Assembly (NCBI GenBank): GCA_038142505.1
Contig: JAYQKD010000005.1
Coordinates: forward strand, 30,217-94,216
Source: Gammaproteobacteria bacterium
GTDB taxonomy: Bacteria > Pseudomonadota > Gammaproteobacteria > Magnimaribacterales > D2472
Reading direction: 5' to 3'
Length of the DNA: 64,000 bases
Under the pieces are notes generated by a model, which was not told the origin of the DNA, made no database searches, and was given only the letters and a program-made list of their open reading frames with translations. The translations under genes and the position numbers were made by a program. Shown here one piece after another: positions 1 to 12,104 of this stretch (its first letter is position 1; every line of letters starts with the position of its first letter).

Positions 1-1
1 C

Positions 2-367
2 ATAGCTTTTACCATCGTTAACTCACCATCTGAAATAGTTGAACCAGTCGAAGTCGCAGAGGCTGTTATTGAAGAACCTGTTGCAGTCATTGAAGAAATA
101 ATTGAAGAGCCTGAGCCTATATTTGTTTCAGGTTCTGAGATGGAAACCTTATGGAGTACTGCATCTCAAATAGCTAATGATTTAGACGTAGATAAGTATC
201 AAGTTATGTACGCAATCTACGAAGCTAATAAAGATTTCTTTGTAAACAATGATATCAATGCTCCAAGAGCAGATAGGAATTACTTTGTTGATCTATCCAT
301 TATTGAAACTGTTGATGTTTCTTTTGCAGCTAGTGAAGTAAAACGACATATCTTTTGTCATTGTTAA
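2..367 (+). CDS. C-terminal part of a FimV-type LysM-like peptidoglycan-binding protein (5' end outside window)
   Basis: The frame is open from base 2. An acidic repeat (IVEPVEVAEAVIEEPVAVIEE) runs into ETLWSTASQIA...YQVMYAIYEANKDFF..NDIN, which resembles the FimV N-terminal-domain signature (GDTLWxIA ... QxMxAL..NPxAF..NIN). Confidence 0.5.
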   Translation: MAFTIVNSPSEIVEPVEVAEAVIEEPVAVIEEIIEEPEPIFVSGSEMETLWSTASQIANDLDVDKYQVMYAIYEANKDFFVNNDINAPRADRNYFVDLSIIETVDVSFAASEVKRHIFCHC

Positions 368-438
368 ATTAATTTGTAACAAATCCATTTCTGACTCGTT
401 AAGAAAATAACGAAACAATTTTTTTTTAGGAGTTATAT

Positions 439-1164
439 ATGGAAGAAGTTATTGGATTTGGTCTATTGGTTTTAATGCTCATCACTGCATTTCTTAGTAT
501 CAAGAGATGGTTAAAGCCAAAGAAAGATTTGTTTGAGTATGAAGATGAGATTATCTTAGACGACAAGATGGTGCATTTCGGTCCTTTCTCCGGGAACCCT
601 ATGTATAAGCATCATAAGTTTATCCTCCTCCTAACGGTCTCATCTTCATTTCTCTCGGCTGACTGGACAAGAACCATTGATGGCTGGGGTATAGACTCAT
701 ACTCGAATGAAAACCTTATCCTACATAAAACAGGCAATGACACTAGTACTAATTTTTATTTGGAAATGGCTAGACCCTTTTGTGTAACCTCTGAGCCAAC
801 TATTACAGTGCCGGTAGGCAATACTAAATATTTAGAGGATGATGAAATTAAAGCAACTATGACTGTTGATAGAAGCAAACCAAAAGATATAGTTCTAAAG
901 GTAGGTAATATCATTGGTGAAGGTCCTAATATCGACTACGTCTTTAAAATTAAATACATTCTATCTATAAGAGATGCTAAATCTTTTGAGATTAAATTTG
1001 ATAATTCATCACGGCTAGAAGATATGAGCTTTACAATTGAGGGGCTGTCACATGCAATCAAGCACTCTGAAAGAATGTGTATGAGTAGCTATGATATTTA
1101 TGAATCAGATATTCCTCTAACCAAGCTGAGCTACAGACCCGTATTGAACGGAAACGCATTTTAA
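439..1164 (+). CDS. hypothetical membrane-anchored protein
   Basis: 241-aa ORF with one N-terminal hydrophobic helix (FGLLVLMLITAFLSI). The rest is a soluble domain with no motif I recognise. Confidence 0.5.
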   Translation: MEEVIGFGLLVLMLITAFLSIKRWLKPKKDLFEYEDEIILDDKMVHFGPFSGNPMYKHHKFILLLTVSSSFLSADWTRTIDGWGIDSYSNENLILHKTGNDTSTNFYLEMARPFCVTSEPTITVPVGNTKYLEDDEIKATMTVDRSKPKDIVLKVGNIIGEGPNIDYVFKIKYILSIRDAKSFEIKFDNSSRLEDMSFTIEGLSHAIKHSERMCMSSYDIYESDIPLTKLSYRPVLNGNAF

Positions 1165-1206
1165 CGTTTATATATTAAAGATTAAAGAGAAAACAACAGC
1201 TTATTT

Positions 1207-1881
1207 TTATTGAGTTGATTGTGATTTATATAAGCTGTAATAAATATAAATCCAGGGGACTATTATCACATATTCAACAATACCCAATACTCCAAGCTGA
1301 ACCAAACCACTGTCGAGAACGGATGAAAAAATACTTGCCAATATAATACTCAACAATGCAAAGATTATTGTTAAACCAAATAAAGTGCCTCCGTGCTCAT
1401 CAGTGTTTTCCCATGAAAGTTTTAGAGATTCCATAACGCCTTTATTTTCCAACATTATGTAAGCAGGAAAAAGTGCAAGCCTTGCTCCTACATATATTCC
1501 TGGAAGAATCAAAAGCAAAAGTCCAAAAAATACAACAATTGCACTTAACATATATGCTCCGAATAATGGGAAGAATTTCTTTAAGCCAGCAAATAATGCA
1601 TTTAAAGGTTCTATTGAAACATTAGAGTTCTTAGCATCAAAAGATAAATGAAGTGCACCCAAAAAAGAAACGCTTAATATCATTCCTAGCAGACCCATAA
1701 TACCAATTAGTCCTCCATTTGATGAGAAGAACTCGACTATATCCTCCGCCACAGTAGTGTCTTCAAGAGGGGCAAATAAATGCGCTGTTGCAACCTCAAC
1801 AAAAAATACAGGTGCGGCAAGTACTGCAAAAAATTGCCAATTATTTAGATAAAAATTCCAAGCGCTTTTAAATTGATTCAT
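1207..1881 (-). CDS. polytopic inner-membrane protein (YciC/UPF0259-like)
   Basis: 224-aa ORF with multiple hydrophobic segments. The N-terminal pattern is reminiscent of the YciC family. Confidence 0.4.
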   Translation of the reverse strand: MNQFKSAWNFYLNNWQFFAVLAAPVFFVEVATAHLFAPLEDTTVAEDIVEFFSSNGGLIGIMGLLGMILSVSFLGALHLSFDAKNSNVSIEPLNALFAGLKKFFPLFGAYMLSAIVVFFGLLLLILPGIYVGARLALFPAYIMLENKGVMESLKLSWENTDEHGGTLFGLTIIFALLSIILASIFSSVLDSGLVQLGVLGIVEYVIIVPWIYIYYSLYKSQSTQ

Positions 1882-1900
1882 AAGCTTATTGTAAAGTATT

Positions 1901-4015
1901 ATGCTGGTTATGAATAAAAATATATCCTATTTAATACCTTTAAGTTTAATAATTTTTGGTTGTTCAACTGAACCAAAAGACACCGATTATCCAGAGTCAA
2001 AAAAAATTGATTTTGTAGAAACTATTCACGGATATGAAATTAGAGACGACTATAGGTGGCTTGAAGACTTTACAAGCGAAGAGTCAAAGGTGTGGGTTGA
2101 AAATCAAAACAAGTATACCCAAGGCTTTATAGGAAAAAATAAATATAAGAAATCCATTGCAAAAAATTTAAATAAAACATGGGAAACGGAATCAATAAGT
2201 ATTCCCTATAAAGTTAAAGATAAAACTTTCTATTATTTTAATGATGGCACATGGCAACAAAGCAAGTTAATGATTAAAGACTGTGACGAGTGCGATGCTA
2301 GAGTTTTGCTTGATCCAAATACATTATCTGAAGATGGAACTGTTTCGCTGGGAGGAACAAGTGTTAGTAACGATGCTTCAATGCTTGCATATTCTATTTC
2401 AGACGGCGGTTCAGATTGGCGCATATGGAAAGTATTAGATATTAGCTCAGGTGAAAATCTAGAAGATACAATCAAATGGGCAAAGTTTTCTGGAGCATCA
2501 TGGGAAACAGATGATTCAGGTTTTTTCTATCAAAAATATGATGAGCCCTCTGATGAAGCTCTTAAAGATATTAATACTGCTCCAAAACTTATGTTTCATA
2601 AGCTAGGTACTTCTCAATCTGAAGATGTAATTATTTATGAAAATCCTGATAAGCCCAGATGGGGTTGGGGTATTAGTGTAGTAAGTGATTCTGAGATAAA
2701 GTTTTTATCAATCTCAAATGGGACTGATGAAAGAAATAGGCTTTACGTTCAGCTAGAAAAAGATGGTTCATTTATACCACTTATCGATGAGCTAATTGGT
2801 GCTTACCAGTATTTAGATAGTAAAGACGATATTCATTGGTTTTATTCAACTGAGAATGCAAAAAATGGAAAAGTTGTTTCTTTGGAAATTAAAAACGGCT
2901 CTTTTGTTTGGAACGACGTTATCTCTGAAAGTGATCATTCAATTAGAGGAGTTAACTTTATTAACAATTCTATTGTTGTTACTTATTTAGTAGATACCTT
3001 TTCAGAAATTAATTTCTTCGCTCTTGATGGATCATTTATTAGAAAACTACCTCATGATGCTAAAGGCACCATTGGAGGATTTGGCGGTAGTTTAGAAGAT
3101 AGTAAAACTTATTTCTCATTCTCAAACTTTGTAACACCAAGAAAAATTTATGAAATAGACTTAACTGACATGTCTAAAGAAATTTTTTGGGAAGAGAGCC
3201 TAGATAATTACGACTCAAATAATTACATAAGCGATTTTAAATTCTTTAAATCAAAAGATGGGACTATGGTTCCTGTTCATATTAGTTATAAGAAAACACT
3301 CGATATAAATGAAAACACTCCAGTTCTTTTGTACGGTTACGGTGGTTTTAATATCTCAATACTGCCCGGCTTTAGTAAAAGATACCTAGCATGGATGAAT
3401 CAGGGTGGCGTTGTAGCTGTAGCTAATTTAAGGGGTGGTGGAGAATATGGAGATGACTGGCATGAAGCTGGCATGTTGTTTAATAAACAGAATGTATTTG
3501 ACGATTTTGCTTATGCTGCAAAATTCCTTCATCAGCAAAATATTGGCTCGCCAGGCTCAACTGCGATTCAGGGTGGTTCAAATGGTGGCTTGTTGGTTGC
3601 AGCTACTATGTTGCAAAATCCAGATCTTTTTAAAGTAGCTATCCCACAGGTAGGTGTACTGGATATGCTTAGATTTCATAAATTTACAATTGGTTGGGCT
3701 TGGGAAAGTGATTATGGCTCACCAGATGATAAAGATGGGTTTGAAAATTTACTTGCGTACTCACCATTACATAACATTAAAAAAGATGAGTGTTATCCAA
3801 CAACCTTAATTACAACTGCAGAAAGAGATGATCGAGTTGTCCCATCACATTCATTTAAATTTGCAGCAAAGTTACAGGAGTATCAAGGTTGCAATAACCC
3901 CATTCTTCTTCGAACCGAAGGAAGAGCTGGTCATGGCGCAGGTACTCCAAAAGACAAACAGATAAATCAGATTGCTGAAATTTATGGATATGCGCTTTCA
4001 GTGATTAATCAATAA
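1901..4015 (+). CDS. prolyl oligopeptidase (S9A serine peptidase), lipoprotein-type signal
   Basis: 704 aa. Signal LSLIIFGCS (alternative start ATG 1910), N-terminal propeller region, and a C-terminal catalytic domain with the GGSNGGLL nucleophile elbow, ERDDRV and GHGAG. Confidence 0.9.
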   Translation: MLVMNKNISYLIPLSLIIFGCSTEPKDTDYPESKKIDFVETIHGYEIRDDYRWLEDFTSEESKVWVENQNKYTQGFIGKNKYKKSIAKNLNKTWETESISIPYKVKDKTFYYFNDGTWQQSKLMIKDCDECDARVLLDPNTLSEDGTVSLGGTSVSNDASMLAYSISDGGSDWRIWKVLDISSGENLEDTIKWAKFSGASWETDDSGFFYQKYDEPSDEALKDINTAPKLMFHKLGTSQSEDVIIYENPDKPRWGWGISVVSDSEIKFLSISNGTDERNRLYVQLEKDGSFIPLIDELIGAYQYLDSKDDIHWFYSTENAKNGKVVSLEIKNGSFVWNDVISESDHSIRGVNFINNSIVVTYLVDTFSEINFFALDGSFIRKLPHDAKGTIGGFGGSLEDSKTYFSFSNFVTPRKIYEIDLTDMSKEIFWEESLDNYDSNNYISDFKFFKSKDGTMVPVHISYKKTLDINENTPVLLYGYGGFNISILPGFSKRYLAWMNQGGVVAVANLRGGGEYGDDWHEAGMLFNKQNVFDDFAYAAKFLHQQNIGSPGSTAIQGGSNGGLLVAATMLQNPDLFKVAIPQVGVLDMLRFHKFTIGWAWESDYGSPDDKDGFENLLAYSPLHNIKKDECYPTTLITTAERDDRVVPSHSFKFAAKLQEYQGCNNPILLRTEGRAGHGAGTPKDKQINQIAEIYGYALSVINQ

Positions 4016-4471
4016 TCATTGGATATCAAGTAACTCAATATCAAAGATTAATATCGAGTTTGAGGGGATTCCTGGCCTGCCCTCATCCCCGTATGCCATG
4101 CTAGGATCAATATATACTCGCCACTTATCATTTATCTTCATAAGAGAAATAATTTTTTGGCAACCTTCAATCAGTTTAGACAATTCAATAGTGAGAGGTT
4201 CATTTGAATCAACTGAGCTCCAAAAAACAGTGCCATCTGTTAGAGTTCCATGAAAGTGGGCAGTGATGGTGTCAGAAAGTTCAGGAGATTTCGAATTCAT
4301 ATCTCCATAATTTAAAACAGCATAGTGAAGCCCTTTTTCAACAACATTAATTCCCTCTTGCTCTTGATTCTCAATGAAGAATTTCAAGTTGGCTATTTGT
4401 TTAACATTTGGACTATCTTGTACACAACCAACAAGAACCAACAAAGACATTAATGTTAAGAATCTTTTCAT
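4016..4471 (-). CDS. FKBP-type peptidyl-prolyl cis-trans isomerase, lipoprotein
   Basis: Signal LVLVGC, followed by HFHGTLTDGTVFWSS ... YGDEGRPGIPSNSILIFDIELLDI, typical of the FKBP domain. Confidence 0.85.
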   Translation of the reverse strand: MKRFLTLMSLLVLVGCVQDSPNVKQIANLKFFIENQEQEGINVVEKGLHYAVLNYGDMNSKSPELSDTITAHFHGTLTDGTVFWSSVDSNEPLTIELSKLIEGCQKIISLMKINDKWRVYIDPSMAYGDEGRPGIPSNSILIFDIELLDIQ

Positions 4472-5658
4472 TATTTAATTATGATTTTAAGGAATTTTCT
4501 TTTACCAACTTGATATATTGCATCTGAGCCTTTATCAATTTCAAGTTTAACATCAGAAATTTTTTCAGAATTTATTTTTACACCACCCTGCTTAATTAGC
4601 CTCATGGCTTCAGAAGTGCTAGCAGCCATTCCTGTATTCTTTAATAAATTTGTTAATGGAATTTTATTATTATCTATTTGAAGACTTACTTCCTCTATTT
4701 CATCTGGTAAGGTGCCTTTTTGAAATCTTTGTAAGAATGCTTCTTTACATTTAGCGCCTTCGCCTGGCTTGTGAAATCTATCTACTAATTCTTCAGCAAG
4801 GATAAATTTAACGTCTCTTGGGTTTTTGCCGTTCTGAACTTCTTTTTTTAAATCGGCTATTTCTTTTTCAGGAATAAAACTAAGCAACTCAAACCATCGC
4901 CACATTAATTCATCTGATATAGACATTATTTTTCCAAACATCTCATCGGCCTTCTCATCTATACCAATAAAATTATTTAAAGATTTAGACATCTTATTGG
5001 TGCCATCAAGACCCTCGAGTATTGGAACAGTTAAAACTACCTGTGGCTCTTGATCATAGGACCGTTGCAATTCTCTGCCAACAAGAAGGTTGAATTTTTG
5101 GTCAGTTCCTCCACACTCAACGTCAGCATTGAGGGCTACAGAATCATAACCCTGAACCAAAGGATATAAGAACTCGTGAACGGCTATGCTTTGATTAGCG
5201 TTATAGCGCTTATTAAAATCATCTCTTTCTAGCATCCTTGCTACATTATATTTTGATGCTAGACCAATTAGCCCTGCAGCTCCAAGCTTATTACACCATT
5301 CTGAATTGAAACGAACTTCTGTTAACTCTTTTTTTAAAATTTTAAAAACCTGTTTCTCATAAGTTTTAGCATTTTCTTTTAGTTCTTTCTCATCAAGAGT
5401 TGGTCTGGTTTTATTTTTACCTGAAGGATCACCTATTTGGCCAGTAAAATCTCCGATTAAAAAAATAACTTTGTGCCCTAGATCTTGAAAATGCCTAAGT
5501 TTATTAAGCAAAACTGTGTGTCCAAAATGAAGATCTGGAGCAGTTGGGTCAAAGCCTGCTTTTACGACGAGCTGCTTGCCTGATTCTAATTTTTTTAAAT
5601 CAGATTCAGTCAGTATTTCATCTGTTCCTCTCTTAATTATGGTTAAGTCTTCTTGCAT
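4471..5658 (-). CDS. tyrS: tyrosine--tRNA ligase
   Basis: HIGH-type motif (DLHFGH), KMSKS, and a C-terminal S4-like RNA-binding domain. The stop overlaps the FKBP start by 1 nt. Confidence 0.93.
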   Translation of the reverse strand: MQEDLTIIKRGTDEILTESDLKKLESGKQLVVKAGFDPTAPDLHFGHTVLLNKLRHFQDLGHKVIFLIGDFTGQIGDPSGKNKTRPTLDEKELKENAKTYEKQVFKILKKELTEVRFNSEWCNKLGAAGLIGLASKYNVARMLERDDFNKRYNANQSIAVHEFLYPLVQGYDSVALNADVECGGTDQKFNLLVGRELQRSYDQEPQVVLTVPILEGLDGTNKMSKSLNNFIGIDEKADEMFGKIMSISDELMWRWFELLSFIPEKEIADLKKEVQNGKNPRDVKFILAEELVDRFHKPGEGAKCKEAFLQRFQKGTLPDEIEEVSLQIDNNKIPLTNLLKNTGMAASTSEAMRLIKQGGVKINSEKISDVKLEIDKGSDAIYQVGKRKFLKIIIK

Positions 5659-5736
5659 ATGACTATGATAGTATTTTTCGTCACTTAATAGAATGAGTAA
5701 GTTGCTACTTAATGCTTTAAGATTAAAATATTAATT

Positions 5737-8700
5737 ATGTCTTTGTCCGATAGTAAATTTATTCCTGAATCAAAAATACTTCCTAAGCTTTTAGAAGATA
5801 CTAAATTTTTAAATGATTCCTTAATTTCTAAAAATGCAGAAAAAATAATTGTTGCCTGCAGAGAAAATAAAAAAGAACGAACAAAATTAGATGCATTTTT
5901 AAGCGAGTATGGATTGGATAACCAAGAAGGTGTAGCTCTTATGTGTCTTGCAGAATCAATACTTAGAATTCCGGATAGCAAAACCAGAGATCTCATAATT
6001 TCTGAAAGATTATCTGAGGGAAAATGGATTGAACACTTGAATAAAGCAGACAGTTTATTTGTTAACGCATCAACTTGGGGACTTTTATTAGCTGGAAAGG
6101 TTGTAAAAACACCACTTGAATGGTCACAAAATCCAAATAAATTTCTTCGCTCAATAGTTTCTAAATCTGGTGAATTTCCAATAAGAAATGCTGTGATTGC
6201 AGCCATGCATATTCTTAGTCAAGAATTTGTAATGGGGCGTGATTTTAAAGATGTAAATAAAATACCAAATATCAATGAATCAATTTATTCATTTGATATG
6301 TTAGGAGAAGCTGCACGAAATCAGGAGCAAGCTAAAATTTATTATGACTCATACGAGAATGCTATCTTGGAAGTTGGCAAGCTCAATCTTACAAATGGTA
6401 ATAATAACGGGGTTTCTATTAAGATTTCTGCCCTATGTCCAAGCTACGAGACAAAAAAATATGACGATATTAAATCAAATCTAGTGCCTAGACTTATTGC
6501 TCTAACTGAGCTTGGTATGTCAAAGGATGTTGAAATAACTATTGATGCAGAAGAACAGGATCGACTTGGAGTAAGCCTTGAAATTATAAGAATCATTGCT
6601 GAATCAAAAAAAATTAAAGACTGGCCTGGCTTTGGTCTTGCATTACAGGCTTATGGCAAAAGAGCTCTTAACGCAATTGATTGGATAAAAGTAATTATTA
6701 ATAACAGGGCACCAATGCATCTTAGGTTGGTTAAAGGTGCTTATTGGGATTACGAAATAAAACATGCTCAAGTTTTTGGATATGAGGATTATTCAGTTTT
6801 TACAAAAAAATCTATTACAGATCTTTCTTATTTGGCATGTGCAAAAAAGTTATTTGAAGTTGATTCAATATATCCAAAATTCGCTACTCATAATGCTCAT
6901 ACATTATCTGCAATAAATTACTTAGGAGTAAATAAAAATTATGAATTTCAACGACTCTTTGGCATGGGAGAACTTTTATATAAATGTGCTGAAAATGTAC
7001 TAAATGATAAACATCACACTTCTATATATGCACCAATAGGCCAATATAAAGATCTGCTTCCTTATCTTGTTAGAAGGCTGCTTGAAAATGGAGCAAATAG
7101 TTCTTTTATTAATAGGCTTCTTGATCCAGAAACTGATGCAAAATGGTTGGCATCAGGACCAGATAAAAAAATTGAAAATGAAAGGAAAGATATCCCCCTT
7201 CCATGTAACATATTCACCAATAGAAAAAACTCAAAAGGATTAGATATATCTGAAATGGACAATCTTGACACTATTAAAACTGAAATTAGTAAATTTAAGA
7301 ATCAGTCCGTGAATGCTATATCTATTTATCGAAACAGAGCAGACGATGGGTCAAAAAAACATGATATCTTTTCACTTGCTGATGGTGCTTGCATTGGAAG
7401 TGTATGTTTTATGACGATCATACTCTCATCAAAGAATCGCTTGAAGCTAAAACTGATTTAAATTGGTCTAAGGTTGATGTAAAGCAAAGAGCTCAAATAT
7501 TACAAGCTATATCAAATGAACTAGAATCCAACCCTTATCAATTAATCTATTATTTGATGCACGAGGCTGGCAAGACTATTCAAAATTCTATAGATGAAAT
7601 TAGAGAAGCTGTAGATTTTTTAGATATTACTCAAATCAAATGATTGAACTAGAAGAAAAAGATGGAAAGCTTGATGGGCCCACTGGTGAAGAAAATATTC
7701 TTACTTATGGACCAAAAGGTCACATTGTTTGTATTAGTCCATGGAACTTTCCTGTTGCAATCCTTATTGGACAAATTAGTGCTGCTTTGATAACTGGAAA
7801 TAAAGTTACCGTAAAACCTTCTGAACATACTTCAATATTAGGTTTCTTAGTAGTAAATATATTTCATAAAAATGGTGTGCCTGTTGATGCACTGGAATTA
7901 ATTCTGGGTGACGGTTTATACGGTGATTTATTATCAAAATTAAATAATATTAACGGAATTGCTTTTACTGGATCTCTTCAAACAGCAAAAAAGATTCAAA
8001 CTAATCTTAATGAAAATCAGAAAGAAATATTGCCCCTTATTGCTGAAACAGGAGGTATTAATGCAATGATTGTTGATTCAAGCGCCCTTCTTGAACAGGC
8101 AACTGATGATATTGTCCGATCAGCATTTGATAGTGCCGGTCAAAGGTGCTCAGCCTTGAGGGTCTTATGCATTCAAGACGACATTTATGATGATTTATTA
8201 GAAATGGTCAAAGGCAATATGCGAGAATTAAAAATTGGTAATCCTGAAGAATTGGATACTGATATTGGTCCAATAATTAATAAACTGCAAAAGATAAACT
8301 TGATGCTTATATAAAAAAAAAAGCTAAAGCAGGTTTTCAAGTCTATCAATCAAGCTTAGAATAATGGAACAGCATATTTCACCAACGATAATTGAAATAA
8401 TCATTAAATGATTTAGATGAAGAACAATTTGGGCCAATACTTCATGTCCTTAAATTTAAATCCTCAGAAATTGATAACTTGATTCAAGATATAAATAATA
8501 CTGGATATGGTCTAACTATGGGTATTCATACAAGAATTGAATCTAGAGCAGATTTATTTAGTCAAAAGTGTAATATCGGCAATGTTTATATAAATAGAGA
8601 TATTGTTGGTGCAGTTGTTGGATCTCAGCCTTTTGGTGGCCGTGGACTATCTGGTAGTGGATTTAAAGCCGGGGGACCAAACTATTTAATACAATTCTTA

Positions 8701-8775
8701 AATGAAAAAGTTGTGTCTAAAAATTCAGTTGCATTCGGGGGCAATGCAGAACTACTTAATATTCAAGAAGACTAA
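5737..8775 (+). pseudogene. putA: bifunctional proline dehydrogenase / P5C dehydrogenase PutA, frame interrupted by several 1-nt indels (probably sequence error)
   Basis: Fragments 5737-7461, 7389-7643, 7640-8314 and 8479-8775 in different frames tile the full protein (REAVDF|RYY, ISPWNFPVAI, AETGGINA, GSQPFGGRGLSGSG). The frame is restored by adding a T to T4 7407-7410 and to T6 7616-7621. At least 2 more shifts lie in 8280-8480. Confidence 0.9.
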
Positions 8776-10021
8776 TGGTTGGTTTTAAAAAAGTTCCTAC
8801 AAATGCAGTTTTATCAATTTTTTATTATCAATTTTTTTTATTTTATTATTGTATGTTGACTTTTCAACAGATGAATCTCTTCCTGAAGAAATAATTGAAA
8901 TAACAGAAAATTTAGAAAAAAACCCTACAGATGTCTTAAGTTATAAAATTCATACAGTTAAAGATGGAGAAAATTTATCAATTATTTTTGAAGATTTTAA
9001 TGTACCTTTAAATACTGCATATAGAATTTTTAGATTAGATAACAAAAAATTACTGTCAAAAATTAAACCTGGCGACAAAATGAGATTTACCTATTTGGGA
9101 AGTGAAATAACCAATATTGAGATAGGTAAAGATAGTATTAACTCTTTATTAATTGATTTGACAGATGGAATATCCATTAAAGAGATAACAAAAGAGGTTG
9201 AGTTAGTTCGATCATTCAAAAGCGGTACCATTAAAACCTCCTTTTATGAGTCTGCTTTAGAGGCCGAAATTCCTGATAGTGTGATAATGGATTTTGCTTA
9301 TATTTTTGGGTGGGATGTTGATTTTGTATTTGATATAAGAGAGGGTGACTCATTTTTTCTTGTGTATGAGACAGCATTTTCAAATGGAGAAAAAATTGAG
9401 AATGGAGACATAGTTGTTGCAAAATTTATAAATAATGGAAATGTTTATAAAGCTAATAGATTTTTTACAGATATAAATAAAAAAGAATTTTTTGATGATA
9501 GTGGAAACAATCTTCAAAAAGCCTTCCTTAGAGCTCCTCTAGATTTTGCGTATATAAGCTCTCATTTTAATCCCAATAGAATGCATCCAGTTCTTCATAC
9601 AATAAGAGCTCATAATGGAACCGATTATGCAGCCAAAAGAGGATCTCCGGTCAGAACAACTGGAAATGGAACCATAAAATACTCTGGAAGAAGAAATGGC
9701 TGTGGTAATGAAATTGTTATTCAGCATACAAATGATTATTCAACGAGATACTGTCACCTAGATAAATTTCATTCGGGAATAAAAAAAGGTAAAAAAGTTA
9801 TTCAGGGTGAAACTATTGGTTATGTTGGTAGTACTGGTCTTGCTACTGGGCCACATCTTCACTACGAATTTAAAATAGGAAATAAACATATTGATCCAGT
9901 AAAACTTAAATTACCTTCTGCAGAGCCAATAAACATTAATCTAAAATCTGATTTTGATACACTTGTAGAAAACAATAAGATGATGTTAAAAAAATTAGAA
10001 TCCTTGTACCCCAATGAATAA
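8775..10021 (+). pseudogene. mepM: M23 murein endopeptidase (MepM/YebA-like); N-terminal anchor separated by one frameshift
   Basis: HNGTDYAA ... GSTGLATGPHLHYEF M23 motifs. ATG 8775 (TAATG overlap with the putA stop) gives MVGFKKVPTNAVLSIF. One extra T in T6 8818-8823 joins it to LLSIFFILLLYVDF of the 8849 ORF. Confidence 0.85.
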
Positions 10022-11121
10022 TTATAAGAATATATATATTGGTGCTATGTCCGGAACTAGCTATGACGCAGTTGATGTATCAATCTTAAAAATTGAAAAA
10101 GATATCACTTTGAATTTCTTTTATTCAAAACGTATTCCAAATTCAATTAAGAACCAGAATAAAAAATATTATCGAATCGGATTCGGCTTCCCTTAATGAA
10201 CTTGGGCAACTGAATAAAAAAATTGGATATTTATTTGCTCAAGCTATCAATGAATCTATTGAAAAAGCAAAATTAAAAAAGAACAAAGTTAGGTGTGTTG
10301 CCATATCAGGTCAAACTATTAGACATGATGTTATAAAACGCTAATCCATTTTCTATGCAGATTGGTGATCCAAATGTAGTCTCTAATGAGACTGGACTGA
10401 CAACCATAAGTGATTTTAGAAATATGCATATTTCTCTTGGCGGTGAAGGTGCTCCTCTGGTTCCTGAGTTTCATAACGAACTATTTCATTCATCAAGAAA
10501 ATCTAAAATAATTTTAAACATAGGCGGCATTGCAAATTATTCATATATAAAAAATAAAAATCATTTTTGGGGTCTCAGATGTTGGCCCTGGGAATGCTCT
10601 TATGGATGCTTATTGTCAAAAATATTTAAATAAGCCATTTGATAAAGATGGAAAAATTGCATCAAAAGGCAAAGTTAACTCAAGAGAACTTAGGAAGACT
10701 TGTATCGCATAAATTTTTTAAACAAAAATTTCCTAAAAGTACTGGAAAAGAGTTATTTAATTTAAATATGCTTTCAAAACAATTTCTCAAAGAGTCACCT
10801 GAAAATATATTGGCAACACTTGTTGAATTCACTGCTATATCTATAGAAAAATCTATAAAAGCTAATAGCCATACATATGATGAGTTTATAGTTTGTGGTG
10901 GTGGTGGAAAAAATAAATTTTTAATTAAGAGATTGGCTGCAATACTTGGTAATGAAGTTGTTTTATCTAATGCTTATGGATATGACATTCAAGCAATTGA
11001 ATCTATGGCTTTTGCATGGATGGGATATAAAAGAATAAACAATCAGGTTATGAAAGTTCAATTAGGAAAAAATAAATTTAATAAGGGTTTGCTCGGTTCA
11101 ATAGTTCAAGCTAAACCGTAA
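10014..11121 (+). pseudogene. anmK: anhydro-N-acetylmuramic acid kinase, frame interrupted
   Basis: Fragments 10014-10196, 10355-10633 and 10639-11121 carry IGAMSGTSYDAVD, LGGEGAPLVPEFH, NIGGIAN and VCGGGGKN, colinear with AnmK. Confidence 0.88.
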
Positions 11122-11445
11122 AAGATTCTCCGCACCCACAAGTTGTTTTAGCATTGGGATTATTTATAACAAACTTTGCGCCGGATAAGTCCTCAACAAA
11201 ATCTAAGGTTGATCCATATAAATATGGATAAGACAAAGAATCTATTAACACCTTAAAACTGCCAAAATCTATTACGTCGTCGTCAAAAGCTTGATCATCA
11301 TCAAATTTAAAACCGTACTGAAAGCCTGAGCAGCCTCCTCCAGTAACATATACTCTAAACTGTGATGCATCATCTTTGCTTAACACGCTCATAATTCTCT
11401 CGAGGCCGAGCTTGTAAGAGTTATTGAGCTATTATTTTGATTCAT
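11111..11445 (-). pseudogene. erpA: iron-sulfur cluster insertion protein ErpA (A-type carrier), one frameshift near the 5' end
   Basis: [16 protein letters not shown] ... [14 protein letters not shown]. The upstream ATG at 11445 encodes [15 protein letters not shown], which is out of frame with the 11392 ORF by one base. Confidence 0.85.
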
Positions 11446-11529
11446 ATGTCTATTATATCTAAGTTATCTGTCAAAGATTTAAATTGATAAGATAAAGTAT
11501 AATAATAAAATACAACTAAGTTTATTTTA

Positions 11530-12051
11530 ATGAAATCAACTCTTATTATTTACTCATCAACCGATGGCCAAACAAAAAATATTTGCTTAAGAATTGGTGA
11601 AACTTTGAGTAATGATGTTCCGTCAAAAATCATTTCTTTGAGCGAGGCTACAAGTAGTGATATAGAAAAATATGATCAAATAATCATCGGTGCAAGCATA
11701 AGATATGGGAAACATAAAAAAGAACTTTTTGAATTTTTAGAAACAAATCTTGCTGAACTCACAAAGAAAGATAATGCTTTTTTCTCTGTGAATGTTGTGG
11801 CAAGAAAGCCAGAAAAAAATACTCCAGAAACTAATCCGTATATGAAGAAGTTTTTATTAAAAACCTCTTGGGTTCCAAAAAAGCTTGCTGTCTTTGCAGG
11901 AAAAATTGATTACCCAAAATATAATTTTATTGATAAGCAAATGATTAGGTTTATTATGTGGATAACAAAAGGTCCAACAAATATAAAAAATACCTATGAA
12001 TTTACTGATTGGAACAAAGTTGATTCTTTTGCTAAAGAGTTAATTGCATAA
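11530..12051 (+). CDS. hemG: menaquinone-dependent protoporphyrinogen oxidase HemG (flavodoxin-like)
   Basis: Colinear with E. coli HemG over its full length (IIYSSTDGQT, IGASIRYGK, VNVVARKPEKNTPETNPY, YTDW-type C-terminus). Confidence 0.88.
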   Translation: MKSTLIIYSSTDGQTKNICLRIGETLSNDVPSKIISLSEATSSDIEKYDQIIIGASIRYGKHKKELFEFLETNLAELTKKDNAFFSVNVVARKPEKNTPETNPYMKKFLLKTSWVPKKLAVFAGKIDYPKYNFIDKQMIRFIMWITKGPTNIKNTYEFTDWNKVDSFAKELIA

Positions 12052-12104
12052 AAGAGTTATAATTGTTGGAATCAATTATAAACCCATTAAAACTATAAAT
12101 TATT

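Noticed and set aside
397-427. Terminator-like CGTTA-AGAAAA-TAACG followed by T9 after the FimV-like gene.
   Set aside because: The stem is only 5 bp and AT-rich, and it is separated from the T-tract by 6 nt. That is too weak to call.
5709-6206. This and other long antisense or overlapping ORFs in the track (e.g. 2233-2475, 7062-7271, 23149-23373, 29019-29267, 37215-37529, 38457-38705, 54517-54831, 59122-59750, 60506-60688).
   Set aside because: Each is embedded in a confidently identified gene on the other strand or in another frame. None has a recognisable motif.
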